Source: an uncultured Actinomycetes bacterium
GTDB lineage: Bacteria > Actinomycetota > Acidimicrobiia > IMCC26256 > PALSA-610
Assembly: GCA_963706745.1 (NCBI GenBank)
Contig: CAVPMX010000003.1
Location: 101,132-165,131 of the forward strand
Direction: 5' to 3'
DNA: 64,000 nt
Shown: positions 10,810 to 22,616 of the stretch, piece after piece
Position numbering within the stretch: position 1 is the first letter of the stretch
Layout: each line of letters begins with the position of its first letter
The notes under the pieces: generated by a model
What the model saw: the letters and a program-made list of their open reading frames with translations, nothing else
What the model was told of the DNA's origin: nothing
The model's database searches: none
Translations under genes and position numbers: made by a program

Positions 10810-11442
10810 ATGGATCCCCGCGTCCACCCGACGGCCGACGTCGAGACGGGTGTCGAGATCGGCGACGGCACGGCCGTATGGGCGCATGTCCACATCCGGT
10901 CGGGGGCCCGCGTCGGCAGGGACTGCATCGTCGGCGAGAAGACCTACCTGGGGCCGGGTGTCGTGCTGGGCGATCGCGTCAAGCTGAACGCGATGGTCTA
11001 CCTGCCGACCGGAGTCGTCGTGGGTGACGGGGTCATGATCGGGGCCGGATCGGTCTTCACCAACGACCGCTATCCCAGAGCGACCGATCCGACACTTCGA
11101 CGGCTGCGCCCTTCGGAGCCGGGCGAAGGCACCCTCGGCACCTCTCTCGAGGAGGGGGCGAGCATCGGGGCCGGCTGCACTGTCGGCAGTGGGCTGACCA
11201 TCGGCAGATGGGCGATGGTGGGCATGGGCTCGGTGGTGACGCGCTCCGTGCCGCCTTTCCACCTGGTGGTCGGCGGCCCGGCGCGCTCGGTCGGGGTCGT
11301 CTGCCGTTGTGGTGAACCAGTCCTGCGCGCCGCCCCCGAAGCGGTCGAGTGGGCCCGCGACGTCGAGGGCGTGTGTCGGCGCTGTGGCGCGCGGTACAGC
11401 ATCTCAGACGGAGCGGTCTCCGAGCTCGGCGCAGCCGGGTGA
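10810..11442 (+). CDS. Hexapeptide-repeat N-acetyltransferase (WbpD/WlbB-like) with C-terminal Cys cluster
   Basis: VHPTADV, hexapeptide repeats, VFTNDRYPRA, and CRCG...CRRCG. Confidence 0.9.
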   Translation: MDPRVHPTADVETGVEIGDGTAVWAHVHIRSGARVGRDCIVGEKTYLGPGVVLGDRVKLNAMVYLPTGVVVGDGVMIGAGSVFTNDRYPRATDPTLRRLRPSEPGEGTLGTSLEEGASIGAGCTVGSGLTIGRWAMVGMGSVVTRSVPPFHLVVGGPARSVGVVCRCGEPVLRAAPEAVEWARDVEGVCRRCGARYSISDGAVSELGAAG

Positions 11443-11449
11443 GGCCGTC

Positions 11450-12805
11450 TTGAGCGACGGGTCGCGACGCCGAGTCGCCGTCGTGGGGGGCGGTGTGCTC
11501 GGGCTCACGATGGCTCTGCGGCTCGTGGGCCCCGACACCGAGGTGACCGTCGTGGAGTCGGCAGCCGAGCTCGGCGGGCTCGCGTCCGCGTGGGAGCTCG
11601 ACGGACTGGTATGGGACCGGCACTACCACGTGACCCTCCTCTCCGACTCCCACACGCGCGGGTTGTTGCGCGAGCTCGGTCTGGAGCACGAGATGAGGTG
11701 GGTTCAGACGAGGACCGGCTACTACGCAGGCGGACGGCTCTATCCCTCGTCGAACACGATCGAGTACCTGAGGCTCCCGTTGCGGATGATCGACAAGCTG
11801 CGGATAGCCGCGACGATCGTCCTCGCGTCGCGACTCGAGAGATGGGAGCGTCTGGAGGAGACAGGGCTCGAGAGCTGGCTTCGGCGCTGGTCGGGCCGGC
11901 GCGCCCTCGAGGAGTTCTGGCGCCCGCAGCTCCGAGCGAAGCTCGGCGACTCGTACGAGGAGGCCTCGGCCGCGTTCCTATGGGCGACGGTGCAGCGCTT
12001 GTACGCGGCGCGACGCTCCGGGCTGAAGGAGGAGCTCTTCGGCTACGTGCCGGGCGGCTACGCGCGGATCCTCTCGCGCTTCGGCGATGTCCTGCGCGAT
12101 CGGGGTGTCGAGATCCGCACGGGCACACCGGTCGAGCGAGTCGAGTCCGCCGAAGGATGCGTGGTCGTGTCGTTCGGCGACGGCACCTACTCCGAGTTCG
12201 ACGACGTGGTCGTCACGGCCGCACCACCGGTCGCCGCACGGCTCTGCACAGGCCTGACGGAGCGCGAGCGCGCACGGCTCTCCGCCGTCCGCTACCACGG
12301 CATCGTCTGCGCGTCGGTCTTGCTGCGCACGCCGCTGGCCGGGCACTACCTGACGTACATCGCCGACGAGGTGCCGTTCACCACTGTCGTGGAGATGTCG
12401 GCGTTCGTCGACCCGGCGGACCTCGGCGGGCGCACCCTTGCGTACCTGCCGAAGTACGTGCCCTCGGACGACCCCCTGTTCGCGGCGTCCGACGCAGAGC
12501 TCGAGGCGGCCTTCGTGCCCGCGCTCCTGCGCCTCTATCCGCACTTGACTCCCGACGACGTCGCGCACTTCAAGGTCTCTCGCGTCCGCAACGTCTTCCC
12601 CTTCCCCCGGCTCGGCTACTCGAAGCGAGTCCCTCCGATGCGGACCTCCCAACCCGGCCTGCACCTCGTGAGCAGCGCCAACATCGTGAACGGGACTCTG
12701 AACGTGGACGAGACGGTCGCGCTGGCGGAGCGCGCGGTGCGCGAGATGACCACGGCCGGCGCCGACACGACAATGGTGGGTCCGGCGCAGCGGGAGCGGG
12801 TGTGA
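11450..12805 (+). CDS. NAD(P)/FAD-dependent oxidoreductase (amine oxidase/HemY-like)
   Basis: VAVVGGGVLGL, ELGGLA, WDRHYH and GYVPGGY. Start trimmed to TTG 11450. Confidence 0.88.
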   Translation: MSDGSRRRVAVVGGGVLGLTMALRLVGPDTEVTVVESAAELGGLASAWELDGLVWDRHYHVTLLSDSHTRGLLRELGLEHEMRWVQTRTGYYAGGRLYPSSNTIEYLRLPLRMIDKLRIAATIVLASRLERWERLEETGLESWLRRWSGRRALEEFWRPQLRAKLGDSYEEASAAFLWATVQRLYAARRSGLKEELFGYVPGGYARILSRFGDVLRDRGVEIRTGTPVERVESAEGCVVVSFGDGTYSEFDDVVVTAAPPVAARLCTGLTERERARLSAVRYHGIVCASVLLRTPLAGHYLTYIADEVPFTTVVEMSAFVDPADLGGRTLAYLPKYVPSDDPLFAASDAELEAAFVPALLRLYPHLTPDDVAHFKVSRVRNVFPFPRLGYSKRVPPMRTSQPGLHLVSSANIVNGTLNVDETVALAERAVREMTTAGADTTMVGPAQRERV

Positions 12806-12807
12806 GC

Positions 12808-13823
12808 ATGGCGGGTGAGCCCGGGCCGCTCGCGAGCCTCTCGCTGGATCTGGACAACGAATGGTCGTACTTGAAGACCCACGGCGATGCCGGCTGGCAG
12901 GAGCTGCCGTCGTATCTCGACATCGTGGTCCCGCGGGTGCTCGCCTTCCTCGCCGAGCGCGATCTGCGGATCACGTTCTTCGTCGTGGGGCAGGACGCAG
13001 CGCTGGACCGCAATCGGGAGGCCCTCGCGTCACTCGCCGCGGCCGGGCACGAGATCGGGAACCACTCCTTCCGGCACGAGCCCTGGATGCACCGCAACCC
13101 CTCCCGAGAGGTGGCCGACGAGATCGAGCGGGCCGAGGACGCGATTGAGAGTGCAACGGCCTATCGGACGGTGGGGTTCCGGGGTCCGGGGTACAGCCTC
13201 TCTCCCGCGATCCTCGAAGTCCTCGCGGACCGTGGCTACCGCTACGACGCGTCGACGCTCCCCACGGTGATCGGGCCCCTTGCCCGCGCCATCTACTTCC
13301 GCTCCGCGCACCTGACTGCCGAAGAGCGCGAACAGCGAGCCGATCTCTTCGGCTCCGCCTCGGAGTGCCTCCGCCCGATCCGGCCGTACCGATGGGAGAT
13401 GGGGGGCGGGGATTGGTCGAGGTCCCGGTGACGACGCTGCCGCTGCTGCGAGTTCCGGTGCACGTGAGCTACCTGCTGGCGCTCGGCAACCGGTCGCCCG
13501 CACTCGCGATCGCCTACCTGCGCGGAGCCCTGTCGATGTGCCGTGCCCTGCACGTGCAGCCGTCGATCCTGCTCCACCCCCTCGACTTCCTCGGCGGCGA
13601 CGACGTCGCGTCGCTAGCGTTCTTTCCTGGCATGGCGATGAGAGGCGGGGAGAAGGTGGCCATGGTGAGCCGGTTCGTCGACATCTTGTGCTCGCACTTC
13701 GACGTACGACCCGTTCTCGATCACGCTACGGCCGCAGCGAGTGCCGACTTGCGCGTCGTCGCGGCCGGCCGTCGTCGCCCCCGTCGCGCTCGATCGCGCG
13801 CCGCAAGATGGGGGCGACCGTGA
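12808..13823 (+). CDS. Polysaccharide deacetylase (NodB/CE4); frameshift ~13410
   Basis: SLDLDNEW, ITFFVVG, HEIGNHSFRH, GFRGPG, YDAS, then LVEVPVT and ILLHPLDF in the next frame. Confidence 0.88.
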
Positions 13824-14830
13824 GTGCCGACGACGTGATCCCGGTCGCCGGGAGCGCTAGCAGACCGTCGGTGTCGGTCATAGTCCCGGCGTTCAACGAG
13901 GCCGGGATGATCACCGCGACCCTCACTCGCCTGACCGAGTACATGCAAGGAATCGAGGACAAGTACTCGTGGGAGATCGTCGTGGTCGACGACGGCAGCG
14001 AGGATGCCACTCGTGCGCTTGCCGTCGAGTTCGCCTCGGCAGACGCTCGCGTGCGTGTCTTGCAGCACCGTCACAACTTCATGATCGGCCAGGCCCTGCG
14101 CACGGCGTTCAACGCATGCTCGAGCGACTACCTGGTCGTGATCGACTGCGACCTCTCGTACGCGCCGGAGCACATCGAACGATTGCTGGATGCGATAGTG
14201 GACTCCAAGGCGAAGGTGGTCATCGCGTCGCCGTACACGAAGGGCGGGTCGTGCACCGGAGTGCCGCTCCTGCGGTACGTGGCCAGCCGAGGCGCGAACG
14301 CGATCCTCTCCCTGGCGGCTAGTGGACGCATCAAGACCCTCACGGGCATGGTCCGCGCCTACGACAGGCGATTCGTGAATGCGTTGAACCTGAAGGCGAT
14401 GGGCGTCGAGGTCAACACCGAGATCATCTACAAGGCCCAGATCCTGCGGGCGCTGGTCGAGGAGATCCCCGCACACCTCGACTGGAGCGTGATCCACGGC
14501 GTGCCTCGCAGGTCCACGGTCCGCCTCGCCAGCGGAACGATCCGGTCCCTGCTCTCGGCCTTCATCTTCCGGCCGTTCATGTTCTTCATCGTCCCGGGCC
14601 TGGTCCTGGCGCTGGTGGGAGCGGGCTTGATCGCCGCGGCGTGGGCCGATGGCGCGTCCGGTGGCGACGATGCGCACGTGGCCGGGATCGTAGGGGTCCT
14701 GATGGGCGGACTGCTCTGCTCGATCGGGATCTCGGCCCTGCAGGCCAAGCGCTACTTCGAGGAGCTGTTCCATCTCGGGACGGCGATCCTGCGTGAGGTC
14801 CGCGAGCACCTGAGGCCGCCTCCGGGTTGA
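13820..14830 (+). CDS. Glycosyltransferase family 2 with two C-terminal TM helices (ArnC/GtrB/DPM-like)
   Basis: SVIVPAFNE, VVVDDGSED, IDCDLSY, and a C-terminal hydrophobic pair. Confidence 0.88.
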   Translation: MSADDVIPVAGSASRPSVSVIVPAFNEAGMITATLTRLTEYMQGIEDKYSWEIVVVDDGSEDATRALAVEFASADARVRVLQHRHNFMIGQALRTAFNACSSDYLVVIDCDLSYAPEHIERLLDAIVDSKAKVVIASPYTKGGSCTGVPLLRYVASRGANAILSLAASGRIKTLTGMVRAYDRRFVNALNLKAMGVEVNTEIIYKAQILRALVEEIPAHLDWSVIHGVPRRSTVRLASGTIRSLLSAFIFRPFMFFIVPGLVLALVGAGLIAAAWADGASGGDDAHVAGIVGVLMGGLLCSIGISALQAKRYFEELFHLGTAILREVREHLRPPPG

Positions 14831-14894
14831 CGACGGCGGTGATCGGGCAGCCCCTCACGGGGGAGCGATCGACCACGATCGGTACACTCGCCGC

Positions 14895-15344
14895 GTGCGC
14901 ATCGCGATCGGTGGCGACCACGCCGGATTCGAGCTGAAGCGGCATCTGGCCGGGTGGCTGGAGGAGCGCGGCCACCTGGTCGACGACCTGGGGACCCACT
15001 CGGGCGAGACGGTCGACTACCCGTCGTACTGTGCCGAGGTGGGGCGCTCTGTCGTCGCGGGGCGCGCCGATCTGGGAGTCGTCCTCGGCGGAAGCGGCCA
15101 GGGCGAGCAGATCGCGGCGAACAAGGTGCGCGGCGTGCGTGCCGCTCTCTGCAACGACCTGTACACGGCCCGGATGGCGCGGTCGCACAACGACGCGAAC
15201 GTGCTCTCCATGGGTGGGAGGATCGTCGCTGCGGGGTTGGCCGAGGAGATCCTCGCTCTCTTCCTCGACACCGCCTTCGAGGGGGGCCGCCACCAGCGAC
15301 GCCTCGACCAGATCACGCTCATCGAGAGTGAGGAGCAGCCATGA
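14895..15344 (+). CDS. rpiB: Ribose-5-phosphate isomerase B
   Basis: [40 protein letters not shown] and GGRHQRR. Confidence 0.97.
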   Translation: MRIAIGGDHAGFELKRHLAGWLEERGHLVDDLGTHSGETVDYPSYCAEVGRSVVAGRADLGVVLGGSGQGEQIAANKVRGVRAALCNDLYTARMARSHNDANVLSMGGRIVAAGLAEEILALFLDTAFEGGRHQRRLDQITLIESEEQP

Positions 15345-16586
15345 CGAGCGCACTGGAGCTCGCCGACCCCGAGATCGCAGACGTGATCCGCCGCGAGGTC
15401 GAGCGTCAGAACACGACAGTTCAACTCATCGCTTCGGAGAACTTCACTTCACTCGCCGTCATCGAGGCGCAGGGATCGGTGCTGACGAACAAGTACGCGG
15501 AGGGCTACCCCTCGAAGCGGTACTACGGTGGGAACGCCGTCGTCGACGAGGCCGAGGAGCTGGCCCGACGCCGCGGCATGCGATCTCTTCGGCGCCGCTC
15601 ACGCGAACGTGCAACCTCACTCGGGCGCGAACGCCAACATGGCCGCGTACCTCGCGGTCCTCGACCCCGGTGACAAGGTCATGGGGATGCGCCTCGACCA
15701 GGGCGGGCACCTCACGCACGGGGCGCCGGTGAACTTCAGCGGCCGCCTGTACGACTTCGTCGCCTACGGAGTCGACCCCGACACCGAGACCCTCGACTAC
15801 GACGAGATCCGCGCGATCGCGCTGCGCGAGCGGCCACGCCTCGTCATAGCCGGCGCGACCGCATACTCGCGAATCATCGACTTCGAGGCGTTTCGGTCGA
15901 TCGCCGACGAGTGCGGCGCGCTGCTCATGGTCGACGCGGCGCACATCGCCGGGCTGATCGCCGGGGGGGCCCATCCGTCGCCCGTGCCCTTCGCCGACCT
16001 GGTGACGCTCACGACCCACAAGACGCTGCGTGGACCGCGGGCGGGTGCAATCCTCTGCCGCGAGGAGCTCGCGGCGGCGATCGACAAGGCGGTCTTCCCC
16101 GGACTGCAGGGTGGTCCGCTGATGCACGCGATCGCGGCGAAGGCCGTCGCGTTCCGTGAGGCGCAGCGCGAGTCGTTCCGGCAGTATGCGGCCGACATCG
16201 TGACCAACGCGCGTACCCTCGCTTCGGCTCTCGGCGCGGAGGGCCTTCGCATCGTGTCCGGTGGCACCGACAACCACCTCATGCTGGTCGACCTGCGCCC
16301 GTTCGGGGTCACCGGCAAGGTCGCCCAGGAGGCCCTCGACGCGTCGGGGGTCACCTGCAACAAGAACGCCATCCCGGGTGATCCCGAGAAGCCGTTCGTC
16401 ACCAGTGGCCTCCGCCTGGGCACTGCAGCCGTCACGACCGCCGGTATGGGCGCCGGCGAGATGGCAGAGATCGCCTCGATGATCGGTACGGTTCTCCGGG
16501 ACATCGACGATCGGGCAGTCTGGTCCGAGGTGCGCGAGCGCGCTGCCCGGCTCTGCTCGAAGTTCACGCCGTACCCGGATCTCTGA
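15341..16586 (+). CDS. glyA: Serine hydroxymethyltransferase; frameshift ~15573
   Basis: [40 protein letters not shown] and SGLRLGT. Confidence 0.97.
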
Positions 16587-16617
16587 GGCCGCCCGGCCGG
16601 ATTGCGAGGGCGAGAGG

Positions 16618-17841
16618 ATGAAGGGGTACGGCGTCATCGTCGGTGTGGCGGCGGTGACGACGCTCCTCCTCACGCCCTTGGTGCGACTTCTCGCGGTGCG
16701 CTTCGGTGCAGTGGTGAGCCCGTCGGACGCGCGTCATGTGCACACCAGACCGACTCCGACGCTCGGCGGCGCCGCGATGTTCGCAGGCTTCCTCGCAGCG
16801 ATGGCCGTCGCGTCGCGGATGGGCCAGTTCCGAGAGATGTTCGAGGACAACTCGGAGCCGCTGGGTGTCGTAGCGGCGGCAGGTGTGATGTTCCTGGTGG
16901 GTGCGCTCGATGACCTGATCGAGGTGTCGCCCCCGGCGAAGGTCGCGGGTCAGGTGCTCAGTGCAAGCCTTCTCGCGTACTTCGGCGTGACGATGTTCTT
17001 CTTCCGGGTTCCGTTCAGCCCGGATCTGGTGGTACTCGGCCCCGATCTGGCGCCCTTGGTGACGGTGCTCTGGGTAGTGCTGATGGCCCAGGCGGTGAAC
17101 CTCGTGGACGGCCTCGACGGGCTCGCAGCGGGGATCGTCGCGATTGCGGGCGGTGCTCTCTTCCTCTTCGCCGACCGTCTCTTCGACGCCGGCTTCCTCG
17201 AGGGCTCGAACGTGGCTCCGCTGGTGGCGGCGATAGCCGTGGGCGTCTGCGTCGGATTCCTGCCGTGGAACTTCAACCCGGCCCGCATATTCATGGGCGA
17301 CGCCGGAGCGCTCTTCCTGGGTCTGCTGGTGGCGGTTCCCACCATCACGATCGGCGGTCGTACCGACTTCAACTTCAGTGGGAACACGTACTTCTTCTTC
17401 GCCCCCCTCCTGATCCCGCTGATCATCCTCGGTGTGCCGATGATCGACATCGCCTTCTCGTTCGTGCGAAGGTTCGCGAGCCGCAACCCGTGGCACCGCG
17501 CCGACGCCGGGCATCTCCATCACAGGCTGGTGCGCCTGGGGCACGGGCCGCGCAGGGCCGTGCTGATCCTGTGGGCGTGGACCGCTCTGCTCTCCGGTGT
17601 CGCGCTCCTCCCGACCTACACGAACCGCGGCAATGCCATGGTGCCGTTCGCCCTCGGGGCCCTCGGTCTCGTGCTGGTCGTCGTCTTCCACCCCGGCAGG
17701 CGGTCGGCGCGCTCCAGGCACCCGTCGCGGGTCTTCGGAGCGCCCGACGGAGACGACGGCGCGGGTGGGGAGTCGGTGGAGAGCGGTGACCCCGGCCCCG
17801 TCGTGGACCTCGAGTCCCGCCGGCATCGGCGCAGGGCCTGA
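16618..17841 (+). CDS. wecA: Undecaprenyl/decaprenyl-phosphate GlcNAc-1-phosphate transferase (WecA/TagO, MraY family)
   Basis: PTLGG, GALDD, NLVDGLDGLA, NFNPARIFMGDAG and HLHHRL; conserved position between glyA and the atp operon. Confidence 0.92.
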   Translation: MKGYGVIVGVAAVTTLLLTPLVRLLAVRFGAVVSPSDARHVHTRPTPTLGGAAMFAGFLAAMAVASRMGQFREMFEDNSEPLGVVAAAGVMFLVGALDDLIEVSPPAKVAGQVLSASLLAYFGVTMFFFRVPFSPDLVVLGPDLAPLVTVLWVVLMAQAVNLVDGLDGLAAGIVAIAGGALFLFADRLFDAGFLEGSNVAPLVAAIAVGVCVGFLPWNFNPARIFMGDAGALFLGLLVAVPTITIGGRTDFNFSGNTYFFFAPLLIPLIILGVPMIDIAFSFVRRFASRNPWHRADAGHLHHRLVRLGHGPRRAVLILWAWTALLSGVALLPTYTNRGNAMVPFALGALGLVLVVVFHPGRRSARSRHPSRVFGAPDGDDGAGGESVESGDPGPVVDLESRRHRRRA

Positions 17842-17934
17842 CGGCCCAGGAGGGCCAGGACGCTGCGGTGGGCGGCCGGGCGAGGGCTCGATCGGTACCC
17901 GGAGGGCGAGGCGCGATCCGTGGCCGGCCCCGGT

Positions 17935-17964
17935 TTGACTCACCCGCGAGCGCGACCGTACATT
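17935..17964 (+). promoter_or_regulatory. Sigma-A-type promoter of the atp operon
   Basis: TTGACT (17935-17940), 18 bp spacer, TACATT (17959-17964); ~48 nt before the first atp gene. Confidence 0.75.
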
Positions 17965-17980
17965 GCGAAACGGTTCACAA
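17963..17980. promoter_or_regulatory. Rex operator (ROP)
   Basis: TTGCGAA-ACGG-TTCACAA is one mismatch from the Rex consensus TTGTGAA-N4-TTCACAA and overlaps the -10 box and predicted start site. Confidence 0.8.
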
Positions 17981-18011
17981 GCGCGCCGCAGTGGCGCGCG
18001 GGGGAGCGCTG

Positions 18012-18308
18012 ATGCTGACGAACGCGGGCTCGGATGCGGCGCGTGCCGAGGCGCGGCTCGACGAGCGCAGAGGCCTCTACCAGGGCTTCGGTAACGCGCT
18101 CGCTCTCGCCGTCGAGCTGGTCGCCGTCCCCGTCGTCTTCCTGCTCTCGGGGCTGTGGCTCGACGGACGCCTCGGCACCCGGCCCCTCTTCACGATCGTC
18201 CTGCTCGTCGTCGCCGTGGTCGGGATGGCGCTGCGGAGCTACTACGCCTACCAGGAGCGGATCCGCCTCGAAGAGGAGGGAAAGCCTTGGGCACGACCCC
18301 GTCCGTAG
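18012..18308 (+). CDS. AtpZ/AtpI family (ATPase gene 1) small membrane protein
   Basis: GLWLDGRLGTRPLFTI motif, two TMs, SD GGGGAG; first gene of the atp operon. Confidence 0.85.
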   Translation: MLTNAGSDAARAEARLDERRGLYQGFGNALALAVELVAVPVVFLLSGLWLDGRLGTRPLFTIVLLVVAVVGMALRSYYAYQERIRLEEEGKPWARPRP

Positions 18309-18736
18309 AGTCCGTGGAGTCCGTGGAGAGCGAGATCGCTCGCGATCTCGCACGCAGAGGACTTCTCGTGGCGCCGGTTCTCGTCCTGGCGGCGGCGCTT
18401 CTCCGTGGAGCCGGCGGCGCGACGGGCGCCGCCATCGCCATCGCGATCGTCATAGCGAATCTTGTCTTCGCGGCCGCTGCGCAGGGTTGGGCGGCGCGCA
18501 GATCGGTTGCCGTGCTCGGTGGGGTGGTCCTGGGCGGCTACGTGGTGCGACTCGCGGTCGTGACGGTTGCCCTGCTGCTCCTGCGTCACGCCGCGTGGCT
18601 CGATTTCAACGTCTTCGCGGTGATCCTCGCCGTGACGCATCTCGGCCTTCTGGCCTGGGAGGCGCGCTCGGTGAGCATGACCCTCGCTTACCCAGGCCTC
18701 GAGCCGGCAGGTCCGGCACACGGTGGAAAGGACTGA
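18287..18736 (+). CDS. atpI: ATP synthase protein I-like membrane protein (start uncertain, 18287-18323)
   Basis: About four TM helices, GYVVRL motif, directly before atpB. Confidence 0.75.
   Translation: MGTTPSVESVESVESEIARDLARRGLLVAPVLVLAAALLRGAGGATGAAIAIAIVIANLVFAAAAQGWAARRSVAVLGGVVLGGYVVRLAVVTVALLLLRHAAWLDFNVFAVILAVTHLGLLAWEARSVSMTLAYPGLEPAGPAHGGKD
18301..18327 (+). repeat. 9-bp tandem repeat x3 (GTCCGTRGA), encoding SVE x3
   Basis: GTCCGTAGA GTCCGTGGA GTCCGTGGA. Confidence 0.8.
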
Positions 18737-18741
18737 CCTAG

Positions 18742-19786
<1,045 letters not shown>

Positions 19787-19807
19787 TCGATCGGCAAAGG
19801 AGCAACC

Positions 19808-20475
19808 GTGCGTATCCGACACTGCCTCGCGGGCATCGGCGTGGCCGTGCTCTCGACGGTCGCCTTCACTGCCCCCGCCTTCGCGGCGGCGGACGAGGGC
19901 GCCGAACCGGATCTCACCGAGGTTCAGGAGCACTGCATCCACCTCCTCGAGGGTGGCGGCGATCCCGAGGACTGCCACGAGGCGCCCAGCCCGATCCTGC
20001 CCGCGACCAACGAGCTGATCTGGGGTAGTGCCGCATTCCTCGTCCTCTTCGGGTTCATGTGGAAGTTCGGGCTCCCTGCCGTGCGCACCATGATGAAGAC
20101 ACGCGAAGACGGAATCCGAAGTGACCTCGAGAGGGCCGAGAGCGCCAAGGGCGAGGCGGAGGATCTGCTCGTGGAGTACCGCGCTCAGCTCGCGGACGCT
20201 CGCGACGAGGCCGGCCGCATCATCGAGGAGGCGCGTGCCGCTGCCGACTCGATGCGCCGCGACCTGATCGCGCGGCGGAGAGCGAGGCCTCCGACCTGCG
20301 CGCCCGGGCCGCCGAGGACATCCGGCTCGCCGGGAGCCGTGCGATGGCCGACCTCCAGTCGCGGGTCGCCGACCTCTCGATAGAGCTGGCGGAGCGCATC
20401 GTGGAGCGCAGCCTCGACCGCGAGACACAGCTCGCGCTCGTGGAGAGCTACATCAACCAGGTCGGGAGCAAGTGA
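19808..20475 (+). CDS. atpF: F0F1 ATP synthase subunit b with long N-terminal extension; frameshift ~20276
   Basis: PILPATNELIWGSAAFLVL TM and a coiled coil. The C-terminus (…VADLSIELAERIVERSLD…YINQVGSK*) is in another frame. Confidence 0.93.
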
Positions 20476-21013
20476 GCACGCCGGGCGGGGTCGCCCACCG
20501 TGTCGATGCCTACGCCAGGGCGATCTTCGACATCGTCGAGGCGGAGAACCTCCTGGGCGAGGTCGAGGACGAGCTCTTCCGCTTCGCCAGAGTGTTCGAG
20601 GGGAACGACGAGCTGCGCACCGCGCTCTCCGACCCCGCGATCCCGGCCGAGCGGCGGCAGGCCGTCGTCGAGGAGCTTCTGGGGGGCAAGGCGCTGGCTG
20701 TCTCGAAGGCGATCGCGTCCTTCGTCGTCGGGATCGGCCGTGTCAACGACCTTCCCGCCGTCGTCAATCGCCTCGTCGAGATCGCTGCCGAGTCGCGCTC
20801 CGCGCCGTGGCCGAGGTCCGATCGGCGGTTCCGCTCGACGAGGACCAGCAGCGACGGCTCGCCGAGGCGCTCGGAGCGGCTACCGGCAAGCAGGTCGAGA
20901 TAGTGGTCGTGGTCGATCCCAAGGTCCTTGGAGGGATCGTCGCGCGCGTGGGTGACGTGGTCATCGACGGCAGTGTCCGGCACCGTCTGGAGCAGCTGAA
21001 GGAGCAGATCTGA
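20472..21013 (+). CDS. atpH: F0F1 ATP synthase subunit delta; frameshift ~20800
   Basis: [15 protein letters not shown] and [26 protein letters not shown]. Confidence 0.95.
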
Positions 21014-22616
21014 TGGCGGAACTCACCATCAACGCCGACGAGATCGCAGAGGCGCTGAAGCGGCACGTCGGCGGGTTCTCGCCCTCGCTGACAAAGGCGC
21101 AGGTAGGCCGTGTACTGGAGGTGGGCGACGGCATCGCGCGCGTCGCCGGCCTCCCGAATGCTGCTGTCAACGAGCTCCTCGAGTTCGAGGGCGGCGTCCT
21201 CGGGCTCGCTCTCAACCTCGACGAGGACTCGATCGGCGCGGTCATCCTGGGAGAGGCCAGCGACATCGAGGAGGGAATGGCGGTCACCGCCACCGACCGC
21301 ATCCTCTCGGTGCCGGTCGGCGACTCGCTGCTGGGGCGCGTGGTCGACGCCCTGGGCGTACCGATCGACGGCAAGGGCCCGGTGTCGCAGGCCACGATGC
21401 GACGCATGGAGATCCAGGCTCCCGGCATCACCGGCCGGAAGCCGGTTCACGAGGCTCTCCAGACGGGGATGAAGGCGATCGACGCGATGACCCCCATCGG
21501 CAGGGGTCAGCGTGAGCTCATCATCGGCGACCGCAAGACGGGCAAGACGACCGTCGCCATCGACACGATCCTGAACCAGAAGGGTCAGGGCGTGAAGTGC
21601 ATCTACGTCGCTGTCGGGCAGAAGGGCTCGACGGTCGCGCAGACCGTCGCCGTCCTCGAGCAGCACGGTGCGATGGAGTACACGGTCGTGGTGAACGCTC
21701 CTGCGGCGGCCGGCGCCGTCTTCAAGTACCTGGCGCCCTACGGGGGCTGCGCGATGGGTCAGCACTGGATGGAGAACGGCGAGCACGCGCTCGTCGTGTA
21801 CGACGACCTCTCGAAGCAGGCCGAGGCGTATCGCCAGCTCTCGCTGCTGCTGCGCCGGCCCCCGGGCAGGGAGGCCTACCCGGGTGACGTCTTCTACCTG
21901 CACTCGCGCCTCCTGGAGCGCGCGGCCAAGCTCAGCGACGACCTGGGCGCGGGCTCGCTGACTGCGCTGCCGGTCATCGAGACCAAGGCGGGCGACGTCT
22001 CGGCGTACATCCCGACGAACGTGATCTCGATCACCGACGGGCAGATCTACCTGCAGGACGACCTCTTCAAGGCGGGTGTCCGCCCGGCCGTCGACGTCGG
22101 CATCTCCGTCTCGCGTGTAGGGGGCGCGGCGCAGATCAAGGCCATGCGTTCGGTGTCGGGGACGCTGAAGCTCGACCTCGCACAGTTCCGCGAGCTCGAG
22201 GCCTTCGCCACGTTCGGCTCCGAGCTCGATGCGGTCTCGAAGGCCCAGCTCGAGCGCGGCGCTCGACTCGTCGAGCTGCTCAAGCAGAACCTCAACTCGC
22301 CGATGCCGGTGGAGGAGCAGGTGATCTCGATCTACGCCGGCACTTCCGGCGCCCTCGACGACCTGCCCGTCGACGAGGTGGGGCGCTTCGAGCGTGAGAT
22401 GCTCGAGTGGTTCCGTACCCGCCACGCCGACCTGCTCCTCGGAATCTCGCAGACCGGTCAGATGCCCGACGGCGAGGCCCTGAGCAGGGCACTGACCGAC
22501 TTCAAGGACCAGTTCACCGCAGCGATCCGGGCTTCGACCGGGAGCGCAGACGTGACCGCCACCGACGCCGAGCGCGCCGGCGAGCCCGAGTCGCCAGAGA
22601 CCCTGGAGACCGAGTA

